Positions 35,769 through 50,000 of a stretch of 64,000 bases of DNA are shown in pieces; within the stretch, counting starts at the first letter, position 1; the number at the start of each line of letters is the position of its first letter. The translations under genes were made by a program, and so were the position numbers. The stretch lies in the NCBI GenBank assembly GCA_023213395.1, contig CM041465.1:234243741-234307740 (forward strand), given 5' to 3'. The notes under the pieces are model-generated. The model made no database searches, was not told the origin of the DNA, and saw only the letters and a list, made by a program, of their open reading frames with translations. Source of the stretch: Cycas panzhihuaensis (Eukaryota > Plantae > Cycadophyta).

Positions 35769-36560
35769 GAAATGATGAAATGAAAAGCTTAAGGCATGAC
35801 CCACTCATTAGGCCTGGCCTAATCATTGCCATCTCATCATTTTGGTCTCAACGATTATCTCCTCATCTTGATCCAATGGTCAGATCTCCTAGTGTATGCT
35901 TGTGTAGGGTAAATAAGCTTTGTTGCTTAGGTAGAAGGGCTCTAGATCATATGAGAGGCCCTTGAAAATAAAACCTATTCTTGCCTCCTCATCCCTTTTA
36001 TTCATGAGGCCTCCCGAGATGCCACCTCTATTTTCTTTGACGTGATAGCCCTCAAGATTGGCTTTTCACCCCCATTCTCTTTGTCTTCAAGGTCCAACCA
36101 TTATTTCACTCCTAGAGCCTTCTTTTTACCTCTTTTTCATGTATTTATGACAAACCCCTTCAGCCCCCTAGAGGCCCGTTCATCTTGTTTTTCACATCAC
36201 TCCAAAACATGCTCATGTTTATACTCCTTTTGCTTGTTTCAGTGTCTTGGATTTGTTTTTGCCATCCGTTTGAGCCCGTAAGGCTTCTAGGGGAAACTCT
36301 TACTCCTTTCTAGGCCTTCGTTGGCCCTTTCATGACCCCTAAGAGTGACAAAAACAACGTGTTTACTAGCCTCTTCTCACCCTTCTACTAGGTAGGCCTT
36401 TCACAAGCCTAGTAGCCTATCCCCAGAGCTCTCTTATTCTTTCATGCCTAATATATCTAGTCGTTTTGAGTTGTTGTAACCCTATTGCTACCCTTTCTCC
36501 ACCTCAATAGTGCTATCACCAAGTCTTTTGTGATTCAATCTAAACTCCCCTCTTCCCACT

Positions 36561-37850
36561 ATGGTTCTGCTCATTTTCACTAATGGTGGTAGTTGTGATA
36601 ACCTTGGACCTTCCACAGTCATGTGGATCCCCCATGATCCCTCTAAAAATGACTGCATATGCTCCAGAGTCTACTTACCTAAGGCTACAAATAATGAGGT
36701 TGAATACACAATTATTATAAAAGCCCTCATCGATGCACTCTACTTGTACCATGGCCCTATTATCCTCCATTATGACTCTCAGATCATCGTGTCATAGGTA
36801 ACCAAAGTTTACAAAGTTTGTTGCCCATGATTGATGTCCCTTGCATTAATCGCTAGGTTATTATTATCCCTCTTCTCCTCCATGGATGTCCATCACATCC
36901 CTTAAGACCTGAATACTGAGGCAGATGGGCTCATCTGTCACATCCTCAAGTATTGTCTCCCCCTCCTAAATGACCCTTCTTAAGCAACCTAATAGGTTGT
37001 CTCATCATATAGACTTTTGGATCACTATCCATTCTTCATTATGACTATCCTCACACCTCCAAAAGTAGGCCACTAATGAGGTTAAACTATGGTGACTATA
37101 AGTTTGATTCCTTGTTCTACTCTTGTACCATATGTGGCATGATGGTTTTACACATTGACTCTTCATAAGCATAGATTCTTTTGGTTTGTATCCACTTATT
37201 GGCTGTGTTCACAACTCCATATTGCACATGTGGGCGATGGGGGAAATCCTCGCCACATCCCCTCTTTCCTTCATACTACATTCTTGGGTGATGTATGGGC
37301 AACCCCCATGCCACTTCATCTTTGCTTATACACATGTGATCTATCATGGCATTTGCCACTTCCCTTGGATGATGACACATTTACACAGATAGATGCTATT
37401 GACTCTTTTTTGTATTGACAACATTCACCTTTGTTAGACACTTTTGAGTGATGAGGTTCTACTGCTAAGGGTGTAGAGTTTCCCATCTACTAGGAATGGA
37501 TAGGGGCAGCACCTCTTAGATAAGGAAAGGTATACATCTCTACCTCTTGCCTTATTCACTTTAATGGCATGATGAGATATGTTTATGGTTCTAGTGGCAT
37601 GACATGGTTGCATAGATTGCTTTGGTGCCTGATTCCCTTGTTTACTTCTTACTTATGACTATATTTTAGCCTATGATGACTTAGGACCATGGTCCTATAG
37701 CACTACATAGCTCCAAGAGACACCTCTCTTGAGTTTATGGGTATTCATGGGCCTCCATAGCTCCCTCTTAACTCACTCTTAGCTCATTATATGATCCCTG
37801 AAGGTGGGTCTTGACTTGTCTACTTGTTAACATACCTTTACATCATTATT
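36561..37850 (+). pseudogene. Tat-type additional RNase H (aRH, RVT_3-like) plus heavily degraded integrase
   Basis: IFTNGGSCDNLG...ATNNEVEY..II.AL...DSQIIVS*V...HHIP*DLNTEADGL is the DG/TNN.AEY/DS.L/HIPRE.N..AD pattern; downstream HMWAMGEILATSP and TWLHRLLW weakly recall Tat integrase. Confidence 0.7.
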
Positions 37851-40800
37851 GATGCTTAGTCTTCATCCTTTTTATATATAGGGAGGCCCTACCACTACCT
37901 AAAACCCCCTAAAGACCCTTACCAATCCCTAAACACTATATTTTACACCACAAGATTAATCTTTAAGGGATCCTCTAAGTCTTTGTTTTTAATTCTACCT
38001 TTTATTTTCTTCATATTATGTAAATCCTCATGGTATTGCATCAATAATTATAGTGCTATGAAGTTTGCCATGGGGTGACTGTCCATTATTTGTCGCAGCT
38101 AGGAAATAGCTAGATTTACATTTATTATAAATCTAACACATGGCAAATGGTATATTCCTTCCCAAACCAAACCCTAATTCCTCCAAAAACCTAAATAGTA
38201 CATAAAAACTTAATTTTGAACTCATTCTACCTCTCTCATGAACAAAAAATAGCTCTCTTCTCACACTTTCTCTTGCACTCTCTTGCTTTAAGTTCTGTAA
38301 GGGTGAAACCTTGGCTTGTAGGTCTAAACCATGCCCTTCTTAGTGAGATCATTCTCCTCTTGTGCTCATCCAAGTAGCAATAGTTTATTCCCTTAGATCA
38401 AAGGCTCTTTCCTCCTCCACAAAAGAGTCTACTTCACCAAGGAAAATAGGTTTTTGGGTACCATCTCTCTTGGTAGCCAGGTAATTTCTGATTTGAACAA
38501 GTTTTGATGGTTAAGAGTAGGATATCTTCTATTATTTCTCTTTTAAATATATTTTGCTCATGATTTTACCTATTTGTATACCCTTTTCCATATATTTTCT
38601 TTGATATTTGCTTGGAAAAAGATAGGCAAAGCCTCTCCTTCTACTTTTCCACTGTTGTTCCATCCCTAGGTTTCTATTAGCTAATAGTAGGCTAGGTTTT
38701 GGACAATTTGGGAAGGTTAGAGAGGTATATATGACTGGAGTTTTGACTCCCATAGCCACCTCTCCTAAGGCAATCCCTTCTTCCATAACCTCTTTTATTC
38801 CTTACCTACTACCCATGCTAACAAACCTTGTAGGGTTTGATCCACATATGTTGGCAACTTTATGATATTTGTGACATTCATCTTCTCTTGATCTCTTAGT
38901 GTATATGTATATTATGCTTAGGTAACCATTGTGCTCTACTATTACCATTCCTTTTTGTAGATTTTGTAACTTTTACAACTTCTATAATACTCCTTAAATC
39001 ATTGTATATGCTCTCTTCCTCACACCTTTTTTTGTTGGGGTTAATGGTCATCACCTAACCCCCACCTTAGCTACACACAACTTTAGGGTAAGTTAATGGT
39101 AAGTTAAGTTTATTTATTTTATGCTTTATATTATTTTGATATAATTTGAATTCAAGGTTAAAGAGGGCTCCTACCCTACTCCCAAATATTTATGCTATGG
39201 GGTTGTAAACCTTGGTGCTCATCAACACCTTCTCCTTAATGGATTTTTTGTAATACTCTCTAAAAGATGGATTGAATACAAAGATTATTGGTTTTATGCT
39301 ACAATGGATTGATTACTTAATGCACTACTCCACTCCGTCTCTTTGATTCAAACCTTTATTTAGTATCAGATCTTAGATTTTGGCCTACTTCATTTGGTAT
39401 TAGAGTGCCAAGTTGACTTTTGTGTGAGATTCACAACTATCATTTTATATTGTATGGTATGTACATCACATTATATTGAGAAATATTAAAGTTTTACCTT
39501 ATATTACATTGTTATTTTCGTGATATATTTTCATATGATTTTTGGAGCCTCATGTTCTCTATTACTTATCTACATTCAATTTTCTCTAGCTTCTTATAGA
39601 ACGATTAGAACTATGCTATATGACTACTTATTATGATAAGGTCTAAGTGCTCTAGCTAGTAGTAAAGATGATATTTTTTTCATCCATGTGTTTGTGAGAT
39701 ATCTCTCTTTAAAGCTTTATCTCTCTTAGTTTTTTTCTTTTTTTTTTACAAATCTATATTATTTTTGCTTGCTAGACCTTCTTTGGCATTTATAAGAGCC
39801 CTACACCCACTCTTAGTACCTGATAAAGAAGTTTTGAAGTAATTTAGGGCTTCATCTTGCTTAGTTCCTCTTTATATGGTCTACGATGAGTCACTAACTT
39901 TGGCAGCCCCGCTCTCATAAACTAGAGCATCTTTTGTAGTGCCATCTATTCCAACACCTGCATCTATGTGTTACACCCCTCCCTTTGAAATTTTATGAAG
40001 TTCATTGACATTTGATATAGTTTCAATGCCCTGAAACCTCTATAGTCTCGTGTGCCCTTCTTCACGTCTGTGAGCAAAAATCTCTCTTTTAAAGCCATTT
40101 TTCAATTAGATTTCTTTACTAGATCCACTGTTGGCACCATATCCAAGCTTCCCTCTATTTTTGTTAGAATTTATCTCCATTTTTGATTGATTCGAATCGA
40201 TCATTCTTCTTCTTCGCTATTGTAGATGTCAAAAACTCAAAGACGTTGCCTCTTTTACTTATAATTTAATTTTTATTTTATTAAAGTTATAAAGTTTATA
40301 ATAAAATTCAATTAAATTGTATATTTTTTGGAGTCCACACCCTTTAGCCCCCATCTCACTCATGTTGAGCCCTCATACAACCTCAGTCTTTGTGTTAAAG
40401 GGGCTAATCAACTTTTTTGATTATAAAGTTTCTTTTATATTTTTTCTCATATAAACTCTGTCACTCTTTTCACTATATCTCCTCACTGGCATATCAGATT
40501 TTAGTGAAACTAGTTCCATTATGTTTGTTTTTTAGAGAGCTATAATATATACTATTCATTTATCAAATTTGATATTTTTTAATCTAAGATTTAATTGGTC
40601 AAAGTGACCCTTCTTTTAGTTGTTATTTTACTAACCATAAAGAGGTCTTCTTACCATTTTTGGAATAACAGTAGTATGCGAGCTCAGTTTTTCAAACCAT
40701 CTATTTTGTTGGAAAGTTGGTTCAATTCTTTATATGTTGGTATATTTTTTAATCTAATTTGAATTCATTTTATAGGTTTTTAAAGCTAATAAATTTGAGG

Positions 40801-41751
40801 TAACCAATTTGTCTTAGTTCACTATTTTTAGCAATAATAAATTAAGTTTTTCTATGTTTCTTTGGCTTGACACATACTAAGGGATCTCTAATCTATATAT
40901 GATCATTTTATAAAGTTATAATTTAAATTTTGTAGTAGTTCAACCATGTGGCTCCATTTTGAGTCCTTAAAAAGGTCCTCATATATATTCATTAATATCT
41001 TGAGCTTTAGGAGCCCATTTTCTAAAAAGTTGGATTCATCAGAAAGAGTTTTTAATACTCTTCATATTGGAATAAGTTTTACTTCAATCTGACATTATTT
41101 TGTAGTTATTTGAAGTAGTTAAAGTTGAGGCTCCTATTTGGTCCTAATTAGACATAGTTTTAAATATTTCAAGCAAAAATGTTTGCTCTATCTTAGCATA
41201 TTTATTTATCATTAAGATACTAATTAGTTGTTGGTAGCTTTTGCTTGTTTTAGAAACTTACAATTGAGTTTTTATAGCTATTAAGCTCCATTTTGGCCTC
41301 CTAAAAAGAAGGAGCCCCCTTTAGATCAAAAACGTCAAATTAGTGCACTCTAACCTTATTCTAAAGCTTTCATTTTATTCTTTAGCTTATAAATTTGATT
41401 ATAAGGCACTCTTAAGGCCTATTCACTACCTATTTAATGTCATTTTACCCTTGTGAAGCATTCATTCAACGAACATATTTTAAGATTATTTTGTAAGTAT
41501 ATGTGCATTCTTCTTTAATTTAAAAGAGCTCATTTAATGGTCATTTATTCTTAATAAGGAATTGGAATTGAAGAATTATTTTTGCTCCATTTCAACTTTA
41601 AAAAGTTTTCAAAGCACTTTAAGGAGCATTTATCATTCTCAACTCAAAAGGACATTTGATTGCATATTTATATGTATTTTAGTTCAATGTTAAAAGGAAA
41701 TATTTTCCATCTTATTTTTAGTCATTGATTGACCAAGGCATTGATTTAAAA

Positions 41752-41754
<3 letters not shown>

Positions 41755-41798
<44 letters not shown>
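41755..41798. repeat. (AT)22 microsatellite
   Basis: Directly visible. Confidence 0.97.
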
Positions 41799-41800
<2 letters not shown>

Positions 41801-42046
41801 CAAATTATCTTTGGCACTTTATCCTTTACTTTTAAGGTTTACATAAAATCATTGATTGATTTAGTTCTATTCTAAAGGAAAGTAATTACCTTAAAAGGAT
41901 ATGCATTTTATCTCATTACTTACCTACTTTGATTAAGGGATTTATGTTGGAATTTGTTGAAAAGCATTTATTGCCTACTTTATGTTATTCATTCATTAAA
42001 GGCATTCATCTATTCATTTGAGTTTATGAACTAAAAGTTTTACAAA

Positions 42047-42345
42047 TGACAACTTATTTAGATGATATATTAATTTCCACATTTGAGTGCTAATTCCCAC
42101 ATTTGACTAATTTTCATGTTTGGAAAGGCTTGCTAAAAATACATCTTAGTGCAAATAACCTTTGGAAATTTATTGAATATGGTTACTTAGAAGATGAACA
42201 AAAGTTTAAAGAAAATTTAAGAAAGGATGATAAAGTCATAGTGTTAATCTGTAGCATAATAAATGATGATGTATTCATTAATGTTAGTGAGTTAACTATA
42301 TCCAATCTGTTTGGGATACTCTAGAATTAATTTATGGGGGAGAAA
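42047..42345 (+). pseudogene. Copia gag N-terminal remnant in element D
   Basis: TNFHVWKGLLKIHLSANNLWKFIEYGY...KENLRKDDKVIVLICSIINDDVF..VSE...WDTLELIYG aligns with the gag start of element C. Confidence 0.85.
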
Positions 42346-43344
42346 CCTTGGATTTGAAAGAATTTAACTATGTTGATGATGTTATACATATAAGATAGAT
42401 GATAGAGAAGGTGTTTTATGTTGAAAAAGCTAATGTTAATGATGCAAATAAAATGGATGATCACATTATTGCACTTGATGATGTTGTATGTACCTATGAT
42501 TTGATTAATTCTCATAAGACAAAGGATCAAGAAGATAAAGTAAAATATGAAGCCACTCTTCTCCATTCAAAGTAAGCCACACTTACTTAGATATCAGTTG
42601 AACCATACTATATTGAAGGAAACTACTTTATAAAGACAATGACGTAGGTTAATGATCACATCAAGGAAGATGAAGACAAAGCTAAAGGATGTATGTTCAA
42701 TCACTCTCAAAGTTTTTCTCAAATACATATACCATAAATTCAAAGAAAAGTGAAGATAATCATGATGACCATCAAGGGAGAAAATATTAGGGTTAATGCT
42801 CATCATCTAACCCCCACCTTAGGTGCATACAACTTAAGGGTAAGTTAATGATAAGTTAAGTTTATTTATTTTATGCTTTGTATTATTTTAATATAATTTG
42901 AATTCAAGGTTAAGGAGGGCTCCCACCCTCCTCCCAAATATTTATACTATGGGGTTGTAAACCCTGGAGTTCATCAACACCACCTCCTTAAATGGATTTT
43001 TTGTAATACTCTCTCAAAAATGGATTGAATACAAAGATAATTGGTTTTATGCTATAATGGATTGATTACTTGATGTACTACTCCACTCTGTCTCCTTGAT
43101 TCAAACCTTTATTTGTCATTATTCGCATTGCCCATTTGGGACTCGATCTTTAGGAGGTTTTTCTCTTATAGGAGCTAGTCATTTGAATGCTATCATCCTC
43201 CTCTCCACCAACACCCCCCCCCCCCCCCCAGGCCTCTTTTTCCTAAAGGTTATATTAGAACATTATTGTGTGTAAAGGGAAATAACATACTTTTCATTTC
43301 TGCTTTAGCACATAAGGTAAATTTTATTATCACTTTGATAAGGC

Positions 43345-43684
43345 ACACACACAACTATATACATGCACACACATGTTTATTGTTTGTACATAAGATAAGG
43401 CATCCTTCCAGGTAAGTAGAATCATACCATATTCAAGAGATACATTTCTCCTACTTGTATCTACTTCTCTTGTTCTTTCTATTCAGATTTCTTTACTTTA
43501 CAAATACTTTAGGGACACACACAACTATATACATGCACACACATGTTTATTGTTTGTACATAAGATAAGGCATCCTTCCAGGTAAGTAGAATCATACCAT
43601 ATTCAAGAGATACATTTCTCCTACTTGTATCTACTTCTCTTGTTCTTTCTATTCAGATTTCTTTACTTTACAAATACTTTAGGG
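43345..43684. repeat. Perfect 170-bp tandem duplication
   Basis: 43345-43514 is identical to 43515-43684. Confidence 0.95.
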
Positions 43685-45184
43685 AAGGTAAGAGATCCCT
43701 TTGATGGCTTCATTTACAATGCTTGTTATGATTTGGAGTGCAAAGTCACGAGCGAAGGAAGCATGAAAGGAAGGGATGTGTTGCTTCATCAAATGGCATA
43801 TTTCTTAGTGCACTTCTTACAAACTCCTCTTCTCTCCTTTCTTTTATTTCCTTCCCTTTTCTTTCCTAAAAAAAAATCTACTTATGCTTGCATGTAGGTT
43901 GTATCCTTCCTTTTACATATTTGTGCTCATAGAAAAAGGGTATAAAGGGTATATGCATATGCATACACTCTTATCATTTCTCTTCCTCTCCTTTTTATGA
44001 AAAGACTAAAATAATAAAGATACTTCTCCTTCCTCATTTACATGTGTATAGGAAGATGGCATGAATAGATGCATTTTCTTTAGTAATGAAAATGATAGAC
44101 TAACTAAAGAATCCTCTTTTCCTAACCATTACCTCTTTGTATCTTGCATGTATGCATGCACATAAGGATAAGGTTAAGGAAGCATAAACTAGTTGAAAGC
44201 ATTTTCTTTTTGCATCAAAAGAAAGCATAAAAGAAAAGAGCCATATAAATAATTATATCTTCTCTCTCTTTTACCCCCTCCCCTAAATCATTTTTCTTAG
44301 ATAAAGGAAAAGAGAGTGAGGCTAAAAGAGAGAGTTTGTTATTTGTATATGTTTTTTTCTCAAGATCTAGACCTTGGTTTTACTACATCATCTCACAACT
44401 AAGACCAAGGAAATCATCTAAATCCTTAGCACAACTAAATGATCCTTGCATTAGACCAAATCCTAAAGGTAAACCCTTTAGGTAAGCTTAAAGACAACCC
44501 TTAGGAGCCTTATCTATTAGGTTCAGCCCTTGTATATTCCAAACCTCTCCTTTCTCTTCAACTAACTACTTCTTTCCTATTATTTCTAGGTTTCCTTTCC
44601 ATAAGGAACCATCGACCTCTCACCTCCTCCCCCAAAGGAGGCCTTTCCTCTTCTCCCTTTAACCTTAAGGGTTGAAGAGCCTATCCATGGCCACTCAGTA
44701 ACTTGAGGATACCCATCCTCCTAAACTGACTTCCAGAAGGTGCTCAACAAAATGGGAAGTTGTAGCATTATTTGCAAGTCTCTGAACTTGTGTTCTAATG
44801 TGTGGACATATTTTGAGGGTAACCTATCTCTCCTCAGAGATTCCTAGACCCTTGTTGTAGTTATAGTGTTGGTTTAGGCACTCTTATCCATAGTGACCCC
44901 CTAGAGGCATGCTTCTAGTAAGTATTTAGTTTTACTATTTTATCTATGTATGATTTTTTAAGCTCACTAGGCAATTATGATAAGCAATACCATTGTGCAA
45001 GTTAACAATATAAGTTATTGCATCCATATTACCATGACAAGGGTTTCCCACTCTTGCTTGAGATAAGAATGGGCATAACATAAAGGGATCATTAGAATGA
45101 AGTATAATGGCATTATATTATCTAAAGACTAATGATAAATATAAGTTATGATTTAGGTATAATTGTTAGATAATATGACAACAA

Positions 45185-45801
45185 TGTTTTGGAGGCTAAA
45201 ATTTTGACAAGTTGGCAGCGTAGTTTCCCCCCCAAATTTCTGTGGGGGTTCCAAGAGGGGCAGGAGCCCCCTTTGGGTGGAGGGGTATGAGGGAGTTGGA
45301 ACACCCCCTACAAAGAGGGGGGTCAGGGCCGATAGCCCCCAACCCAAAAAACTAGCACTGAAAAACATACTAAATTGTAAAGAGAATCAAGGTTGTTCAC
45401 TCAAAATACCCTAGATTCTATGGTCAAGATTTGTTCCTTGTATGACAGTCTGATTTAGGATGTTTTTTAATTATATTTGATGTATTGGATGTACTATGAG
45501 GAGTTAGGTGATTGGTTGTTGTTGTTGTGAGCATTCTGCTATAAATTGTATACATTTCTCCATTCTTTGATAATAAAGATCAATACCTTTCCTGTGTAGA
45601 TGTTTCTCTAGTACACTGCTAGGGTTTTACCATGTTATATAAAGTGTATATGTGATGCTTGGTTTTCTTATTCATTTTATTATATTATCTTTGGTTTAAG
45701 AACTTACATGTTAAATTTCAATTTTGATTCCTATAACTAGTTGCAAAATAGTTTAGATCTTGGTGGCAGTTTCAGGTTATTGGGACCTTGTCTTCTCAAC
45801 A
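45185..45801 (+). mobile_element. Solo LTR (Copia-like)
   Basis: TGT...AACA; flanks ACAA/ATAA; AATAAA followed by CTGTGTAGATGTTTCTC...AGGGTTTTACCATGTT U5-type motif; GC-rich GGGGCAGGAGCCCC motifs; no PBS or PPT adjacent. Confidence 0.65.
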
Positions 45802-46870
45802 ATAATCATATGAATAATTTATTAAAATAGTTATGCTTTTAGATGCTAGATCATATTATATTTATGTGATTATATTCTATTTATGTGAGGATGTGTATTC
45901 TTTAAATTTGAAAGAGGTGCCTTTACTATACTTAGAGGGATAAGAATATGTTTTATTTAGTAAGATGTTTATATTATTTATTTATTGTAAGTAAAAATAG
46001 AAGAAAGAAATATATCTTGAATATTTAATTATGCACTTGAGTACTATTTAATAAGCAACACATGGGTCATTATTGTTTTTAGAAAGCTTATGAATAACTT
46101 CTATTTTAATCAATAAACCATTTCATATAGATATGATTGCTTTTATGGTTAGGGTTTCTTATGTGGAATTTTACTTGCATATTTATCTATAAACTCTTAT
46201 TAGTAGAACTATTCTTATATTCTTATATACCTCCCTCAACTTCTCATTCCTTGTCATACTTTTAAGATGCTTATATCCTTGGAGTCTTAGGGAGCTTTTA
46301 TATAAGCCTTAAGCTAATTATCTAGTGTATGTTTTATTATATATTTTAGTTTATCACTTATTGCTTTATCAATTATTCTATATACGTGAACATGATTAAC
46401 ATAATATATTATTATGGTTTCTTTGGCATTTCTTTTATATATGCATTATTCCATGGCTTATGAAATCTCACTTGGTAGTGATGTAACACATAGGCTATGT
46501 GAATTATGTAGTAGTATTCAGTTATATTCATGGATGCTTTTCAAGCAATAATGATTAATATTTAGATATATCTATATGATTATGAGTATATTCATAATGG
46601 ATTGTATTTATTTGTTACATTATTAGAGTGGACTAAATGGGTCATGATTTCTTGGTATGCTTGTGAGTACTCATATAGTCATTTTTTATTACTAAATACT
46701 ATTAAAAATAATTTAAATCCATATGATGTGTGTTATGGGCCTTATTTTATTTCTAAAAAATTAAATTATTATTTATATAACTTCCCTCTCAAGTTGTTAT
46801 AACTCCTTGTTGAGGTATTGTTCATGCACCTAAATTCTTCTAGGTGGTTCTCTTATCATACTCATGCATT

Positions 46871-46895
46871 TATATATATATATATATATATATAT
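46871..46895. repeat. (TA)12 microsatellite
   Basis: Directly visible. Confidence 0.9.
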
Positions 46896-47003
46896 TTAAA
46901 AGTGAAATATTAATAAGAGAACGTAAGCTTTAATTTCAAAGTTAATATTCTTTTTTTTTTACCTCCTCTTTTTTTTCTTTTTGTGCAAAGTTATTCTCTA
47001 ATA

Positions 47004-50000
47004 TGGTATCAAAGTAATATTAATTTTGTGTCTATGAAAATAAAGCTAAAGTAAGATACTTACTTAGTGCTAGTTTTTTCTTGTAAAATTTGTATATTAT
47101 TTTGGAGGTATTATACAAGTGCATTTGGTCAATTTAACAAAGATCCTTTCTTAAAATTGATGAATTAAACATGGTGTTAAGATTTCTCCATGTATATTTT
47201 ACATTATAGAGGTAAAGGCATGGATGTAAAAAATGGAATGGTGGCTTGCATATATTTTCTTAGGAATATGCCTTATTCTTTTAATATAGAAAGCTAAGAT
47301 AAAACATATAGTAAAGAATAAGACTCACAACATAAGGAACGCTATCCTTATGAGGGATGAAAGAATGTTTTTTATATGTATGGTTTCCAATTATATTAAA
47401 ATATAGCAATCCAAGAGTATTTTCAAAGAGTAAACAAAATATCTTCTATAAGGATTTCTATATTCTTTACCATAACAATTTATTTTGTGTATTTTTCGAA
47501 AATAAATCAGCTAAAATCTTTATATTATTTCCTTTGAAATATTTAATCAAATAAAAGACACAAATCAATTCAAATAAGGCATAAAAGACTCTAATCTAGT
47601 TTGACTTGAGAGATGCTTCTCTTTAGTGATGAGAAAGTGAACACTCCTTCCTCATCCATCTTCTTCTTCCTATAAGACAACACTAGAGAAAAACTACCAA
47701 GGTACCTAAATATCCATTAGATAAATTATAAATCTCATATAGAACTCAATCTAAAAGAGGAAATCAAAGATGGCTTCACCAAGGATAAGGAAATATGTGA
47801 TTTATACTAACAAGACACCATGAGTAATTCTTCCAAAGTAATGTACAATAAGAGAAGAAAATTAAATAAGTGAGAAATACATCAATTATGAAAAGAAAAA
47901 TAAGATAAATAATTATATAAGACTAATAAGAAATTAAAACATAGTAAACAAAAACAATCTAAAACATTAAATAAAATGTGAATAGTAAATAAAATCAAAA
48001 TATATAAGAAATACATACCATTGAAACAAAGTAGTATTTGTAATATATTAGATAAAGAGATATGGTGATAGTATATATATTCAATAGAAATCACATGGAA
48101 ATATTACAAAAATACTAAGGAAAGATGTAATATAATAGGTACAATATCATAGGTTTAATAAAGAGAGATATGGAAATACCATTCAAACAACTAATAAACA
48201 TGCAATATATAAGAGATGATACCATAAAGCACCTATAATAGAAGTGGTATAAATAAAGAAACACCATAGACAAATATGGTATAACAACAAAGATATATTG
48301 TATTGGAGAGAAATCATAGAATTAATAGAATGACAATCTAAATTTTAAAATTCTAATCAGAAAAATATATGGCATGCATCAATCCTCCATCTAATAGCAA
48401 AATCAAATTAGAAATTAGATAAATATACCTTGTTTAAGCAAAAGTAATTAAGGAATAAGGGTTGTCTTAGGATGTCAAAGCTTAAGGAGGTTTAAATGAA
48501 ATAAACCTAAAGAATAGGTATTTATAGTGAGCCAAATAAAGCACTTAAATTAATATTGAAGTTAATTTTTAAAAAGGAATATGTTATTTTTCAGGACTTA
48601 ATTATGAAATCAGGCTCGTAAAGTAAGAAACAAGGTTGTGGGAGAAGATATAATCATAAAAGGAGCATAACTTCCTTACATAAGGTCTATTTTTAAATTA
48701 TTCATAATCTATTCTCATCTACTCTAAGAGATATACATAATATACTAGATGATAGAAACAATTATATTCAAAATTAGGGTAAAAAATGTAAAATAAACAA
48801 AGAATAAGAAGTGACAAAAGAGAGAGACTTTGTAATGGAAGTAAGATACGTATTTTATGTGTTAACTCAACTTTACTATAGCTCTATAATATACAAGAGA
48901 TATTATTGGAGATATTAATTAGAAAAAGGATGCAGTGTGTATAAGCTAATCAAACAAATACTCAATCAAATATAACATAAGGTGAACAATAAGTGAATAT
49001 AGGCAATTAAATATAGCATCAAGTAAATATCAAGAAACAAATGCATATCTAGTAAGCATAAAAATAAAATCATATTTAGATTTTAGGGAGGTCTAAAATT
49101 TAGAAAATAGTTTGTCATCTTGGTAATGGAGCTTGTGTAATGAAGCATAAACATTATCGATATTATGTCCTATATTCTTACATATAATGTTGCCAAATTT
49201 ATATCTATATCTTGCTAAGGATTCATGTGAGTATAACATATAAGTGATAAAACCTAGAATGTTTAAATTTTATAATTTTTTAAATGAGAAATAAAATAAT
49301 CAATAAATACTCACTATTTTAGAGGCTATATTAAGTTATATAAGATAATAAGAAATTCTATATTAACACAAAATTACCAATATAATATCAAGTAATCTAA
49401 CAAGATATAGAAGGACTAGGATATCCTTAATTTCTCCTTATGGGTATGAGTAAATAGTACTATAATAAATGAAATAATAATACAATACTTACATTAGAAA
49501 GAAAATTTTGATAGATATAGGAGAGAACAAGAATTACAATAATGTAGAGTGTTTATTTCCTAACATAAGTTAGTCTAGAATGTAACATCTAAGAATGATG
49601 ATTTCAATATATTACTCAATCTAGTTATAATATCTCTTTTTATGTGTATCAATCAAGCTTATAGTCTACTAGATGATAATGTGAACCTATGCAAATTGGC
49701 CACCACTAAACTCATGGATTAAGACTATGTATATATGCAATTATACAAGCATATGATTTAATAAATGACACTATGAGACTATAAGATTAAATCACCATTA
49801 ATCCCTTAATTAATTCAATAAATGTATGATCTCTTTTTTTTATATAAATTCTTCTAAACTTCTTTTTGGTATTATACAAATCTACAATTTAGCAAATAGC
49901 TTTATGAAACTTATAAAAAACTAATACACCATTAAATCTATAAAAAGAATGATAAACTTATCCAGTCTAATATAGAGGACTTTAGATATTAGAGTCCCCT

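Larger units (their letters stand above)
39033..43111 (+). mobile_element. Non-autonomous Copia-derived element D (gag-only, TR-GAG/LARD-like)
   Basis: LTR pair 39033-39358 / 42785-43111 (~88% by eye); degenerate PBS TAGTATCAGATC at 39361; PPT AAGGGAGAAAA; TSD TTTTT/TTTGT; gag N-terminus only, no pol. Confidence 0.9.
38081..43213 (+). repeat. Probable 3' LTR of a Tat-like element, split by insertion of D (38081-39032 plus 43112-43213)
   Basis: Starts TGT after GGGGTGAC downstream of the aRH/INT remnant and ends CCAACA; no second copy in the window. Confidence 0.35.
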
